DNA from: Microcoleus sp. D2_18a_B4
GTDB taxonomy: Bacteria > Cyanobacteriota > Cyanobacteriia > Cyanobacteriales > Microcoleaceae
Reading direction: 5' to 3' (one strand)
DNA length: 24,000 nucleotides
Assembly (NCBI GenBank): GCA_036702475.1
Contig: JAUBTL010000010.1
Of this stretch, positions 8,664 to 15,682 are shown in pieces. The position numbers were made by a program, and so were the translations under genes. Each line of letters starts with the position of its first letter. Positions within the stretch are counted from its first letter, which is position 1. The notes beneath the pieces are model-generated. The model was not told the origin of the DNA. It made no database searches and saw only the letters and a list, made by a program, of their open reading frames with translations.

Positions 8664-9629
8664 CTAGCGACTTGGGATCTTAGGAATGTACTTAGCACTA
8701 TCCTTGTCAGGAAGCGGTTCTATCTGACCTTGATTGACCAAAGCTTGATGAATTAGGGCAGTAGCACTACCCCGACTGAGCAACTCGTTCGGATTAAGAA
8801 CTCTGGGATCTGGATAGTTGACCACTATCTTTGCCTTTGTCGCTGCTGCCACTGGCTCAACCGCATATTTAGGAATTTTCTCGGCATCTTTATAGTACGA
8901 ATTGAGAAAATCTAATGCCGAATTTTTAGCAGGCGCAGTTGCAGCTTTTGTGGTTGTTGGTGGAACAGCCTTAGCCGGTTTAGGTGCGGGCGCAGCCGCA
9001 GGCTGCAGCCTTGCCACTACAGGTAATAACGGCTGCATCAAAACAGTCGCTGCGAGGGGAAATGCCAAACGGTTCCTAGCAATTCGACGTTTATTTACTG
9101 GAGTTGCCTTGGCTGCAGTTACAGCCGCTTGATCAGTTTTGACAACAGGGGGATTGTAATCCATATTTAAACCCCTCATTAACACAACTAATGCTTGTGC
9201 CTTAGTCAAGGGCTGCTTCGGACGAAACTTCTTTCCGGGAAAATCATTCATAAATCCCGTTTCATAAGCTTCTTTAATCGGAGTTGCTGCCCAGTAGTTT
9301 TGAGGCACATCCTTAAAGTAACTTCCACTGGGTATCTTTCTAATGCTTGCTCGATTAAAAGCTTGGTGGATCATCGCCGAAAATTCATCCCGATCCACAA
9401 CCTGTTTTGGTCTAAAACTTCCGTTTACATATCCGGTAACAATCTCTTTTTCAGCTAAGGAATCAATAAACGGACGCGCCCAGTAATTCGGCGGTACATC
9501 AGGAAATTTCGATTTAGCTTGTTGAGCAGCAACTTGCTGGGAACTTAGCACAAAACCAGTGCCACTGACACTAACGGCTAAAGCTAAAAAGGCTACGCTG
9601 ATTGACGGTAAATGCCTGCGAGTAGACAT
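8664..9629 (-). CDS. S-layer homology (SLH) domain-containing secreted protein
   Basis: 321-aa ORF with an N-terminal signal-like segment (LPSISVAFLALAVSVSGTG). It has three SLH-like repeats (FPDVPPNYWARPFIDSLAEKEIVTGY..FRPKQVVDRDEF; FKDVPQNYWAATPIKEAYETGFMNDF..FRPKQPLTKAQA; IPKYAVEPVAAATKAKIVVNYPD...LLSRGSATALI) and an Ala/Pro-rich linker. Confidence 0.85.
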   Translation of the reverse strand: MSTRRHLPSISVAFLALAVSVSGTGFVLSSQQVAAQQAKSKFPDVPPNYWARPFIDSLAEKEIVTGYVNGSFRPKQVVDRDEFSAMIHQAFNRASIRKIPSGSYFKDVPQNYWAATPIKEAYETGFMNDFPGKKFRPKQPLTKAQALVVLMRGLNMDYNPPVVKTDQAAVTAAKATPVNKRRIARNRLAFPLAATVLMQPLLPVVARLQPAAAPAPKPAKAVPPTTTKAATAPAKNSALDFLNSYYKDAEKIPKYAVEPVAAATKAKIVVNYPDPRVLNPNELLSRGSATALIHQALVNQGQIEPLPDKDSAKYIPKIPSR

Positions 9630-9679
9630 AATAAATTTCCTCCTGATTTTTGCATTTTTAACGATACTCTTTGGCTGAG

Positions 9680-10603
9680 TTAAAGCGGATTACTTTTTTT
9701 CCGCTCCGAATCCCATTCTGTTTTTTTTACATCTAACTCTTCGCGACGTACTGTGTCTGTTGCCTCAACCGTATCTTGCTCAACTTCTTTTCTGACTTGC
9801 ACTTCCTCGCGCACGAACGCTTGCTTTTTGATATTGACAGTTTGTTCGTAGATTTCAAAATGTGCCATTTCTTCTTGCTTGAAGGCGGTATCTGGAGTTA
9901 CTCGACTCCCTGCATATTCTGGAGTAGTGCGCTCAATCACAACTCGCTCTTTTTCTACAGGAAGCTGCAGTTGTACCGTTTTGGTTTCAACTTGCTTGCC
10001 AATTATTACCTCGCCTGTTTTGCGACGGGTTTTATCTGCAACTAATCGTTCTTCGTACAGTTTGAGTTTTTGATGATCCTGTTCGTTCATCTGATACAAT
10101 TGGGGCTCTTTATCGTAAGTATAGGTATCCCGGTCATAAGCAGGATTACTAGCTTGAGGCGAGACAGCATGCCGTGTAGAAACTCGAACAGGTGCTTCTA
10201 AAGGTAATGATGCTTCTACTGGTGCAGACCCTTCTACTGTTGCAGTCCGATAAATACCCCGCACTTGTTCTTCATAAGCGTAATCAACTGCCATCCCATG
10301 CTCATACCTGGGTAGTTTTTCCACTTGGTCTTTACTCCGCAAATTTGTAGCGTAAACACGCCGCCCATTAAAATCAATGCGACAAAGAGCGATGGGAAGT
10401 AAAACTTTTTTGTCAACAATCCAAGAACCAGTCTCTACCACAAAATAGCGGAAACGTCCTGTCTCATCTACCAGCACAGTATCGATCGTGCCAATTTTAT
10501 CATAGGTACTTCCGCCATACACATCCAGCCCTTTGATATCGTCGTCATCAAAAGCTGCTTGGCGGTAGTGGGGATTAAAATCTTCTATTTTGTAAAGTAA
10601 CAT
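9680..10603 (-). CDS. PRC-barrel plus DUF2382 (YsnF/AvaK-like) domain protein
   Basis: 307-aa ORF. The N-terminus looks like a PRC barrel (LDVYGGSTYDKIGTIDTVLVDETGRFRYFVVETGSW...KKVLLPI). The C-terminus has a duplicated DUF2382-type motif (LKLYEERLVADKTRRKTGEVIIGKQVETKTV...PVEKERVVIER; VREEVQVRKEVEQDTVEATDTVRREELDV). Confidence 0.8.
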   Translation of the reverse strand: MLLYKIEDFNPHYRQAAFDDDDIKGLDVYGGSTYDKIGTIDTVLVDETGRFRYFVVETGSWIVDKKVLLPIALCRIDFNGRRVYATNLRSKDQVEKLPRYEHGMAVDYAYEEQVRGIYRTATVEGSAPVEASLPLEAPVRVSTRHAVSPQASNPAYDRDTYTYDKEPQLYQMNEQDHQKLKLYEERLVADKTRRKTGEVIIGKQVETKTVQLQLPVEKERVVIERTTPEYAGSRVTPDTAFKQEEMAHFEIYEQTVNIKKQAFVREEVQVRKEVEQDTVEATDTVRREELDVKKTEWDSERKKSNPL

Positions 10604-10796
10604 TGTTGTTTCCTGTACCTATGTACATCAAGCCCTCTACCTACTTTAGATAGATATCAGTTCTAATACTTCCATCTTATGAATGATTCAGCAAATTGAA
10701 AATCATCAAGATAGGGAGATTTTTTTATATTTTTCTATCTTTAGGTAGATGATTTTAGCTCTCCCGTACTGAGGGTGATAAATTTATCTAATCATT

Positions 10797-10895
10797 CGTA
10801 GGTTGGGTTGAGCCAAAGGAAGCCTCCGTTTCACTCCGCCCAACTATCTCAGGCTAACCAGTTGGCTTTCGTTCCCAGGGCTCCAACCTACAACC
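10797..10895. repeat. Small hairpin-forming intergenic element bounded by inverted repeats
   Basis: cgtaggttgggttgagcc (10797-10814) is the imperfect reverse complement of gggctccaacctacaacc (10878-10895). The 'gtaggttgggttgag' motif resembles short dispersed repeats common in filamentous cyanobacteria. Only one copy is in this window, so copy number is unknown. Confidence 0.35.
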
Positions 10896-11169
10896 TTTAT
10901 GCCAAAAGCTCTCACAAGGATTTCTCAGGTTTTATTATGACCTCAACTAGGGGAGAGCCTACAAAATTAAGGGCATCTATAAGTAGCTGCTGGGGTTTTT
11001 TCTGAATGAGATTTCGATTGATGAGCGAAATTACTACTTTTGAGCCTTAAAATAATCAAATTAAAAACTATTATGCCCCTCGGTAGATATTCTAGTAATA
11101 TTTATTAAGTAAAATTAAATTCCCATCAATGGGAAAAAAGTAACAACGTAACGCAGGGGTTAATCTTTT

Positions 11170-11781
11170 ATGACTTATCCAGATCGATCGGGCAGTCCAC
11201 TCACTGATCCTACAATCGTCAATCCGCTGGTGGATTACCACGATCAAGTGAGGTGGGGGCCAATTTTGGCAGGAATTGCGATCGCTCTGGGCACTCAACT
11301 AATTTTAAGCGCTTTGGCAATGGCGATCGGATTAACCGCAGGTGCAACAGGCGCGGATGCAGGTTCCGTTGGTTTTGGGGTCGTAATTTGGTCGATTATC
11401 AGTTTGCTGATTTCCCTATTTTTGGGCGGTTGGGTAATGGCTCAAAGCTGCGGGCCGATGACCAAGAAAACAGCATTTTTGAATGCAGCAATTCTTTGGG
11501 GAACTACATTAGCACTTAGTGCTTGGTTATTAGGAAGCGGGATATCGGGTGCTGTTGGCGCTGCGGCTGCTAATGCTGGAGAAATTGCCAATCAAGTACA
11601 ACAACAGGGCGGCGTTAATATACCGAATCAAGCGCCGAATGTAGACCCAAATCAAGTTCGCGATATAGCTGGTAATACAGCTAAAGCTGTTTGGTCATTT
11701 CTACTTGGCTCTTTGCTGGGTTTGGCAGGGGCAATGAGTGGTGCTGCTCTTGGCGCTCGCAAACCTCGCGTTTATGCTTGA
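11170..11781 (+). CDS. Hypothetical integral membrane protein (Gly/Ala-rich, about 4 transmembrane segments)
   Basis: 203-aa ORF with several hydrophobic stretches (ILAGIAIALGTQLILSALAMAIGL; VVIWSIISLLISLFLGGWVMA; AAILWGTTLALSAWLLG; WSFLLGSLLGLAGAMSGAALG). It contains a HIP1 site at 11278-11285, consistent with a native gene. Confidence 0.65.
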   Translation: MTYPDRSGSPLTDPTIVNPLVDYHDQVRWGPILAGIAIALGTQLILSALAMAIGLTAGATGADAGSVGFGVVIWSIISLLISLFLGGWVMAQSCGPMTKKTAFLNAAILWGTTLALSAWLLGSGISGAVGAAAANAGEIANQVQQQGGVNIPNQAPNVDPNQVRDIAGNTAKAVWSFLLGSLLGLAGAMSGAALGARKPRVYA

Positions 11782-11795
11782 TTAGCGGTCAACCA

Positions 11796-11829
11796 CCCAC
11801 CACTAATCGGAGTACCGATATAGTGGGGG
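11796..11829 (+). repeat. Left subterminal imperfect hairpin of the IscB element
   Basis: CCCACCACta-atcgGAGTACcgata-taGTGGGGG. The stem carries a conserved A/G mismatch. Stem and loop core match the hairpin at 13327-13361. Confidence 0.65.
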
Positions 11830-12035
11830 CACAGAAATTGCCAAGTTGACCAGTCTAGGTGTTAAATCACTACGTTTAAGGCAAGTGTTAAAGACCTACC
11901 AGAGAATGCGTTGCTAGTTCTGTGCTCTAGAACTTAAAAGTTAAACAGGTGTAAGGGTTAAGCCAGTGCTTTTAAGATAGTTACCGACCTTAAACATTGA
12001 CGAAGCTAACATTACCCCGAAAGGGAGGACTTAAA
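11829..12035 (+). ncRNA. Candidate IscB omega RNA (HEARO-type scaffold); the 5' end, including the guide, is not resolved and may start further upstream near 11782-11800
   Basis: The 254-nt stretch between the upstream stop (11781) and the iscB ATG has no credible ORF. It contains nested complementary segments: 11829-11836 gcacagaa / 11918-11925 ttctgtgc; 11933-11940 cttaaaag / 11969-11976 cttttaag; 11874-11881 gtttaagg / 11988-11995 ccttaaac (possible pseudoknot); and a CCC-GAAA-GGG tetraloop hairpin at 12016-12025 that runs into the GGAGG Shine-Dalgarno sequence. The position and orientation, immediately 5' of iscB, are those reported for omega/HEARO RNAs. Confidence 0.6.
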
Positions 12036-13307
12036 ATGTCTAACTTTGTTTTTGTACTAGATACCCAAAAACGACCGCTCAATCCAATCCACCCAGGAAT
12101 GGCCCGTAAATTGCTAACTAATGGCAAAGCTGCTGTTTTTAAAAGGTATCCATTCACACTAATTCTCAAGGTAGAGGTGACAGCAACCCAAAAACCAATC
12201 ACTCTCAAAATAGACCCTGGCTCTCAAACCACTGGATTCGCATTACTGCAACGAGAAAAAGTAATCTTTGGTGCCGAACTAACTCACCGAGGTCAAGCTA
12301 TTAAAGCCAGCCTTGAATCTCGTCGTTCATTGCGTAGAGTCCGGAGGAATCGCCATACTCGCTATCGTCCAGCTAGATTCCTAAATAGAACTCGCCTTAA
12401 AGGTTGGCTAGCCCCAAGTTTGCAACATCGCGTTGAAACAACTATAACATGGGTGACTAAATTGATGAAAGTAGCCCCCATTGTTTCTATTGTTCAAGAA
12501 CTTGTGCGGTTTGACTTACAACAATTAGAAAACCCGGAAATTTCTGGAATCGAGTACCAACAAGGCGTTTTGTGTGGCTACGAGGTTCGCGAATACTTGC
12601 TCAACAAATGGGAGAGAAAGTGTGCTTACTGTGGTGTTACAAATACACCATTACAAGTCGAACATATTCATCCTAAAGCTAAGGGTGGTTCTAATCGTAT
12701 TTCTAATCTTTGCCTTGCTTGTGAAAAGTGCAATATCAAGAAAGGAACTCAAAATATAGAGCAATTCCTGTCTAAAAAGCCAGAGGTTTTAAAACGGGTT
12801 TTGTCTCAAGCAAAGCGTTCTTTAAAAGATGCGACAGCAGTCAATTCAACTCGTTGGGCATTATTTAATCGGCTTAGCATGATTGGTTTGCCTGTTTCTA
12901 CTGGCAGTGGTGGCTTAACAAAGTTCAATCGCACTCGATTAAGTCTAGCTAAAACTCACTGGTTAGATGCAGCTTGTGTAGGGAACGTTGAATCGCTGAA
13001 AATTTTAACAAACAAGCCGTTGTTAATTAAAGCTACTGGGCATGGGACGCGCCAAATGTGTCGTACCGATAAGTTTGGATTTCCATGTCGCTATGTTCCC
13101 CGGCTTAAGTTTGTTAAAGGTTTTCAAACTGGAGATATTGTCAAAGCAATCGTTACTTCTGGCAAGAAAGTTGGTAAATATGTTGGGCGTGTTGCCGTTA
13201 GAACGAGTGGTTCATTTAATATTGCCGCATCAGAATTGGTGTCAGGGGTTAGCCACAAATATTGTTCAATTATTCACAGAAAGGATGGTTATTCGTATGC
13301 AGCATAA
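12036..13307 (+). CDS. iscB: IscB, RNA-guided DNA endonuclease of the OMEGA family (split RuvC with inserted HNH; Cas9-ancestor type)
   Basis: 423 aa counted from ATG 12036, with GGAGG 7 nt upstream; the track's TTG 11997 start adds 13 aa that I consider unlikely. The domain order is complete: PLMP-like N-terminus (VFVLDTQKRPLNPIHPGMARKLL...AAVFKRYPFTLIL); RuvC-I (KIDPGSQTTGFALL); Arg-rich bridge helix (SRRSLRRVRRNRHTRYRPARFLNR); RuvC-II (IVQELVRFDLQ...GIEYQQG); HNH (CAYCG...LQVEHIHPKAKGGSNRISNLCLACEKCNIKKG); RuvC-III (THWLDAACVG); and a C-terminal TAM-interaction-like domain (GFQTGDIVKA...GKYVGRVAVRTSGSFNI). Confidence 0.9.
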   Translation: MSNFVFVLDTQKRPLNPIHPGMARKLLTNGKAAVFKRYPFTLILKVEVTATQKPITLKIDPGSQTTGFALLQREKVIFGAELTHRGQAIKASLESRRSLRRVRRNRHTRYRPARFLNRTRLKGWLAPSLQHRVETTITWVTKLMKVAPIVSIVQELVRFDLQQLENPEISGIEYQQGVLCGYEVREYLLNKWERKCAYCGVTNTPLQVEHIHPKAKGGSNRISNLCLACEKCNIKKGTQNIEQFLSKKPEVLKRVLSQAKRSLKDATAVNSTRWALFNRLSMIGLPVSTGSGGLTKFNRTRLSLAKTHWLDAACVGNVESLKILTNKPLLIKATGHGTRQMCRTDKFGFPCRYVPRLKFVKGFQTGDIVKAIVTSGKKVGKYVGRVAVRTSGSFNIAASELVSGVSHKYCSIIHRKDGYSYAA

Positions 13308-13313
13308 ACCTTG

Positions 13314-13374
13314 CCCCCCTTGGACTCCCACCACGCTCCCTGAGTACAGGTGAGCGTGGGGGTCTCCAAGGGGG
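13314..13374 (+). repeat. Right subterminal hairpin of the IscB element (may double as the iscB terminator)
   Basis: The inner stem-loop CCCACCACgctc-cctGAGTACaggt-gagcGTGGGGG (13327-13361) is homologous to 11796-11829. It is extended by an outer stem cccccttggac / gtctccaaggggg. It starts 7 nt after the iscB stop. Confidence 0.65.
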
Positions 13375-13442
13375 AAGACAGATGAACGAGCTAAAAACCT
13401 TTTATAAGGTTTGGGCATAGAGATTTAAAAGAAGATGAAGCG

Positions 13443-13994
13443 ATGCAACAGCAGAGGATCTGGCAAAAATATACAAGGTTAACAAGTTCGATCTTGTTAA
13501 CGGCAACGGTTTTAGTTGCTCCCTCGTTCGCCGCTGATAGAAATCAAAAACAGATTCAAGGTGAATCTTTACTAGCGCAAGTACCCGATAGCTGTCGCCA
13601 GGTTATTGCGAGGAATGGTCTTAATGTTCGGCGACAACCGACGGCTAACAGCGAAGCGGTTGGCACCATCGGTTCCGCACGAAATGTGACGATTCAAAGT
13701 CTTGGTGAGAATGGCTGGGTACCAATTACAGCCCCGCTACAAGGCTACGTATATGGTGGTTTTCTCGGATTGTGTGAAGCCGCAACCGCCCCGCCTCCTA
13801 CTAACTGCCGCCAAGTTGCAGCCGCCAGAGGAATTAACGTACATCAAGCACCTTCCACTGATGGGGAAAGGGTTGGAGTCGTCGCGAGTGGACGAAGAGT
13901 GACGATTGAAAGTTTAGGAACGGATGGTTGGGTGCCGATTACAGTGCCTGTGAGAGGCTACTTCCAAACTGAAAACCGGGCGTATTGTAGTTAA
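13443..13994 (+). CDS. Secreted protein with two bacterial SH3 (SH3b) repeats
   Basis: 183-aa ORF with a signal-like N-terminus (LTSSILLTATVLVAPSFA). It has an internal duplication: CRQVIARNGLNVRRQPTANSEAVGTIGSARNVTIQSLGENGWVPITAPLQGYV and CRQVAAARGINVHQAPSTDGERVGVVASGRRVTIESLGTDGWVPITVPVRGYF. Confidence 0.8.
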   Translation: MQQQRIWQKYTRLTSSILLTATVLVAPSFAADRNQKQIQGESLLAQVPDSCRQVIARNGLNVRRQPTANSEAVGTIGSARNVTIQSLGENGWVPITAPLQGYVYGGFLGLCEAATAPPPTNCRQVAAARGINVHQAPSTDGERVGVVASGRRVTIESLGTDGWVPITVPVRGYFQTENRAYCS

Positions 13995-15130
13995 TGGAAA
14001 AAACAGTGATGGATCACCAATCAAAGCCAAAAAAAGAAACTAATTCACAGCAAAAGTCTGGTTGGTTAAATTTCATTGCCGAGACAACAGAATCTGCACT
14101 GAATACAGGCAAAGCGGTTGTTGAAACAGCAGTTAATTGGGGGGAAGCTGCTGCTAAACAAACTTATCGATTGATTGGACAAGCGACGCAAGGAACCGGA
14201 GATGCGGTAACTTATGTTGGCAATTTTCCCTTTGTTAAACAAGTGGCAGGGGTACTCAGGCTTGATTGGTTAGTTGGGGTCAGCGATCGCATCGACTTAG
14301 CTAAAGCCGAAGCTCAAGTCAAGGAACTCCAACAAAAGTATCCCAATGAATATCCCAGCGAAATTGCCCATCGCATTATGGTGGAAAAAGCGATTCACGC
14401 CGGTGGTGTTGGATTTGCTAGCAGCATTTTACCCGGTGTCGCGGCTGCACTGCTGGCGATCGATCTAGCCGCGACTACTGCGATTCAAACCGAAATGGTT
14501 TATGAAATTGCCGCCGCTTATGGGATGAATTTGCAAGAGCCAGCCCGAAAAGGCGAGGTTTTGGCAATTTTTGGGTTAGCGCTAGGCGGTAGCAACGCAA
14601 TGAAAGCTGGTTTGGGCTTTTTACGCAACGTACCGCTGGCTGGCGCGATGATTGGTGCGAGTACGAATGCTACGATGCTGTACGCGCTGGGATATGCGGC
14701 GCGCCAGTTTTACGAAGCCAAACTGAGGGAAGATACTGAAGAACCTGGAACCGAAACGCTGCAAGCGATCCAGCAACAAAGCGAGAAATATCTCGATGTT
14801 GCGATCGCGCAGCAAGCAGGGATGGATCAAATTATGGTTCACATGATTTTGGCAAGTTATCCCAACAAAAACTGGGAAGATATTCTGCCAGAATTGAAGG
14901 CATTGCAATTAAATGCGGATTCTCTCAAAAGGATTGCTGCTAACATCAAGTCCCCTAAACCATTGGGTGCATTGTTAGAGCAACTTAACCCCGACTTTGC
15001 AGTACCGCTATTAGCTCAATGCCGTCGCATTGCCGAAAATAGCGGAGAGGTTTCCGAAGCAGAACAGAAGGTGCTGGATGCGATCGCACAAAAACTCAAC
15101 GGTCAAGATGTGGCTTCGATATCCGCTTGA
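13994..15130 (+). CDS. EcsC/DUF697-like protein with a C-terminal helical (TerB-like) region; function unknown
   Basis: 378-aa ORF. Its start overlaps the preceding stop (TAATG at 13992-13996). The core GGVGFASSILPGVAAALLAIDLAATTAIQTEMVYEIAAAYGMNL...EVLAIFGLALGG resembles the EcsC/DUF697 type. It contains three HIP1 sites. The start could be the downstream Met at 14009. Confidence 0.7.
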   Translation: MEKTVMDHQSKPKKETNSQQKSGWLNFIAETTESALNTGKAVVETAVNWGEAAAKQTYRLIGQATQGTGDAVTYVGNFPFVKQVAGVLRLDWLVGVSDRIDLAKAEAQVKELQQKYPNEYPSEIAHRIMVEKAIHAGGVGFASSILPGVAAALLAIDLAATTAIQTEMVYEIAAAYGMNLQEPARKGEVLAIFGLALGGSNAMKAGLGFLRNVPLAGAMIGASTNATMLYALGYAARQFYEAKLREDTEEPGTETLQAIQQQSEKYLDVAIAQQAGMDQIMVHMILASYPNKNWEDILPELKALQLNADSLKRIAANIKSPKPLGALLEQLNPDFAVPLLAQCRRIAENSGEVSEAEQKVLDAIAQKLNGQDVASISA

Positions 15131-15284
15131 AAAAAATTGTTGGTGTGTTAGCTTTCTGCGTAACGCATCATCCCCAATATTTACTGTGGCTGTGTAAGTC
15201 CTAAATTAGCCTCACGTTAAAGTAATCTACAGCCTTAAGATAGAGTTTGACATGGCTAATTTTAATACTATCAATAATGATTGA

Positions 15285-15677
15285 GGCAAGAGGAAGTTTT
15301 ATGACAGCAGAAATATCCGCCGACTCAGCGCCGGATTATCCCGCCTCGCTCAAAGGGATTTTCCCTCGCCCTATCGCTACGACGATGAAGATAATTTGCG
15401 CGTCATTGTTGAAGGAGTGACGTTTGAAGGGTTAGTCGATGCTGCCTTTAACCAAATTCGCCAGTACAGTAAATCAGATGTGGCGGTAACAATTCGCTTA
15501 TTGGAAGCTATAGCTTGCATCGCCACTTACACCCGCAATTCCACACAACGAGAAGCTTTACGCCGTCAGGCGGAGAGGATTTTAAATAGTAGCCACGAAC
15601 AAATCTCTCAGGAGCAAGACCAGAAAGATGTCCAAGAGCGGTATTATCAAGTCATTAAAGCTTTAAGACAGGATTAA
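15285..15677 (+). pseudogene. 5'-truncated remnant of a DUF2254-family membrane protein gene (C-terminal ~130 codons only)
   Basis: The frame is open from 15285 and reads ...SRLAQRDFPSPYRYDDEDNLRVIVEGVTFEGLVDAAFNQIRQYSKSDVAVTIRLLEAIACIATYT... This matches my memory of the cytoplasmic C-terminal part of DUF2254 proteins, which are normally over 400 aa with N-terminal transmembrane helices. No transmembrane region and no credible start lie upstream. The track ORF starts at an internal TTG (15396). Confidence 0.5.
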
Positions 15678-15682
15678 TTTGG

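Larger units (their letters stand above)
11782..13390 (+). mobile_element. Non-autonomous IS200/IS605-type element carrying iscB plus a candidate omega RNA (OMEGA system); boundaries approximate
   Basis: Homologous imperfect hairpins lie at both ends in the same orientation (11796-11829 and 13327-13361). A structured leader and an intact IscB ORF lie between them. There is no tnpA inside the element. It is wedged between the stop of the upstream gene (11781) and the SH3b gene (13443). Confidence 0.7.

Noticed and set aside
7900-8700. TnpB (or a second nuclease) partnered with tnpA, as in IS605/IS607
   Set aside because: There is no ORF of suitable size or sequence on either side. The 8144..8422 minus-strand ORF is simply antisense to tnpA.
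10808-11005. 65-aa plus-strand ORF
   Set aside because: It starts inside the inverted-repeat element at 10797-10895, has no Shine-Dalgarno sequence, and is probably a by-product of the repeat.
11990-12208. 72-aa antisense ORF across the omega RNA/iscB junction, and the 13-codon N-terminal extension of iscB from TTG 11997
   Set aside because: The antisense ORF overlaps the strongly supported iscB 5' end. The ATG at 12036 has a well-spaced GGAGG, and IscB homolog N-termini begin near the MSNFVFVLD-type sequence. The extension would translate through the structured leader.
12574-13353. Alternative-frame ORFs inside iscB (12574..12759 and 13042..13353)
   Set aside because: They lie in frames overlapping a CDS with clear domain content, and their sequences are low-complexity or unrecognisable.
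7464-14282. HIP1 (GCGATCGC) depletion as evidence that the IscB element is foreign
   Set aside because: The IscB unit has no HIP1 sites. However, the whole 7.46-14.28 kb stretch has only one (11278), and norB (2.3 kb) also has none. HIP1 density is too patchy here to be diagnostic.
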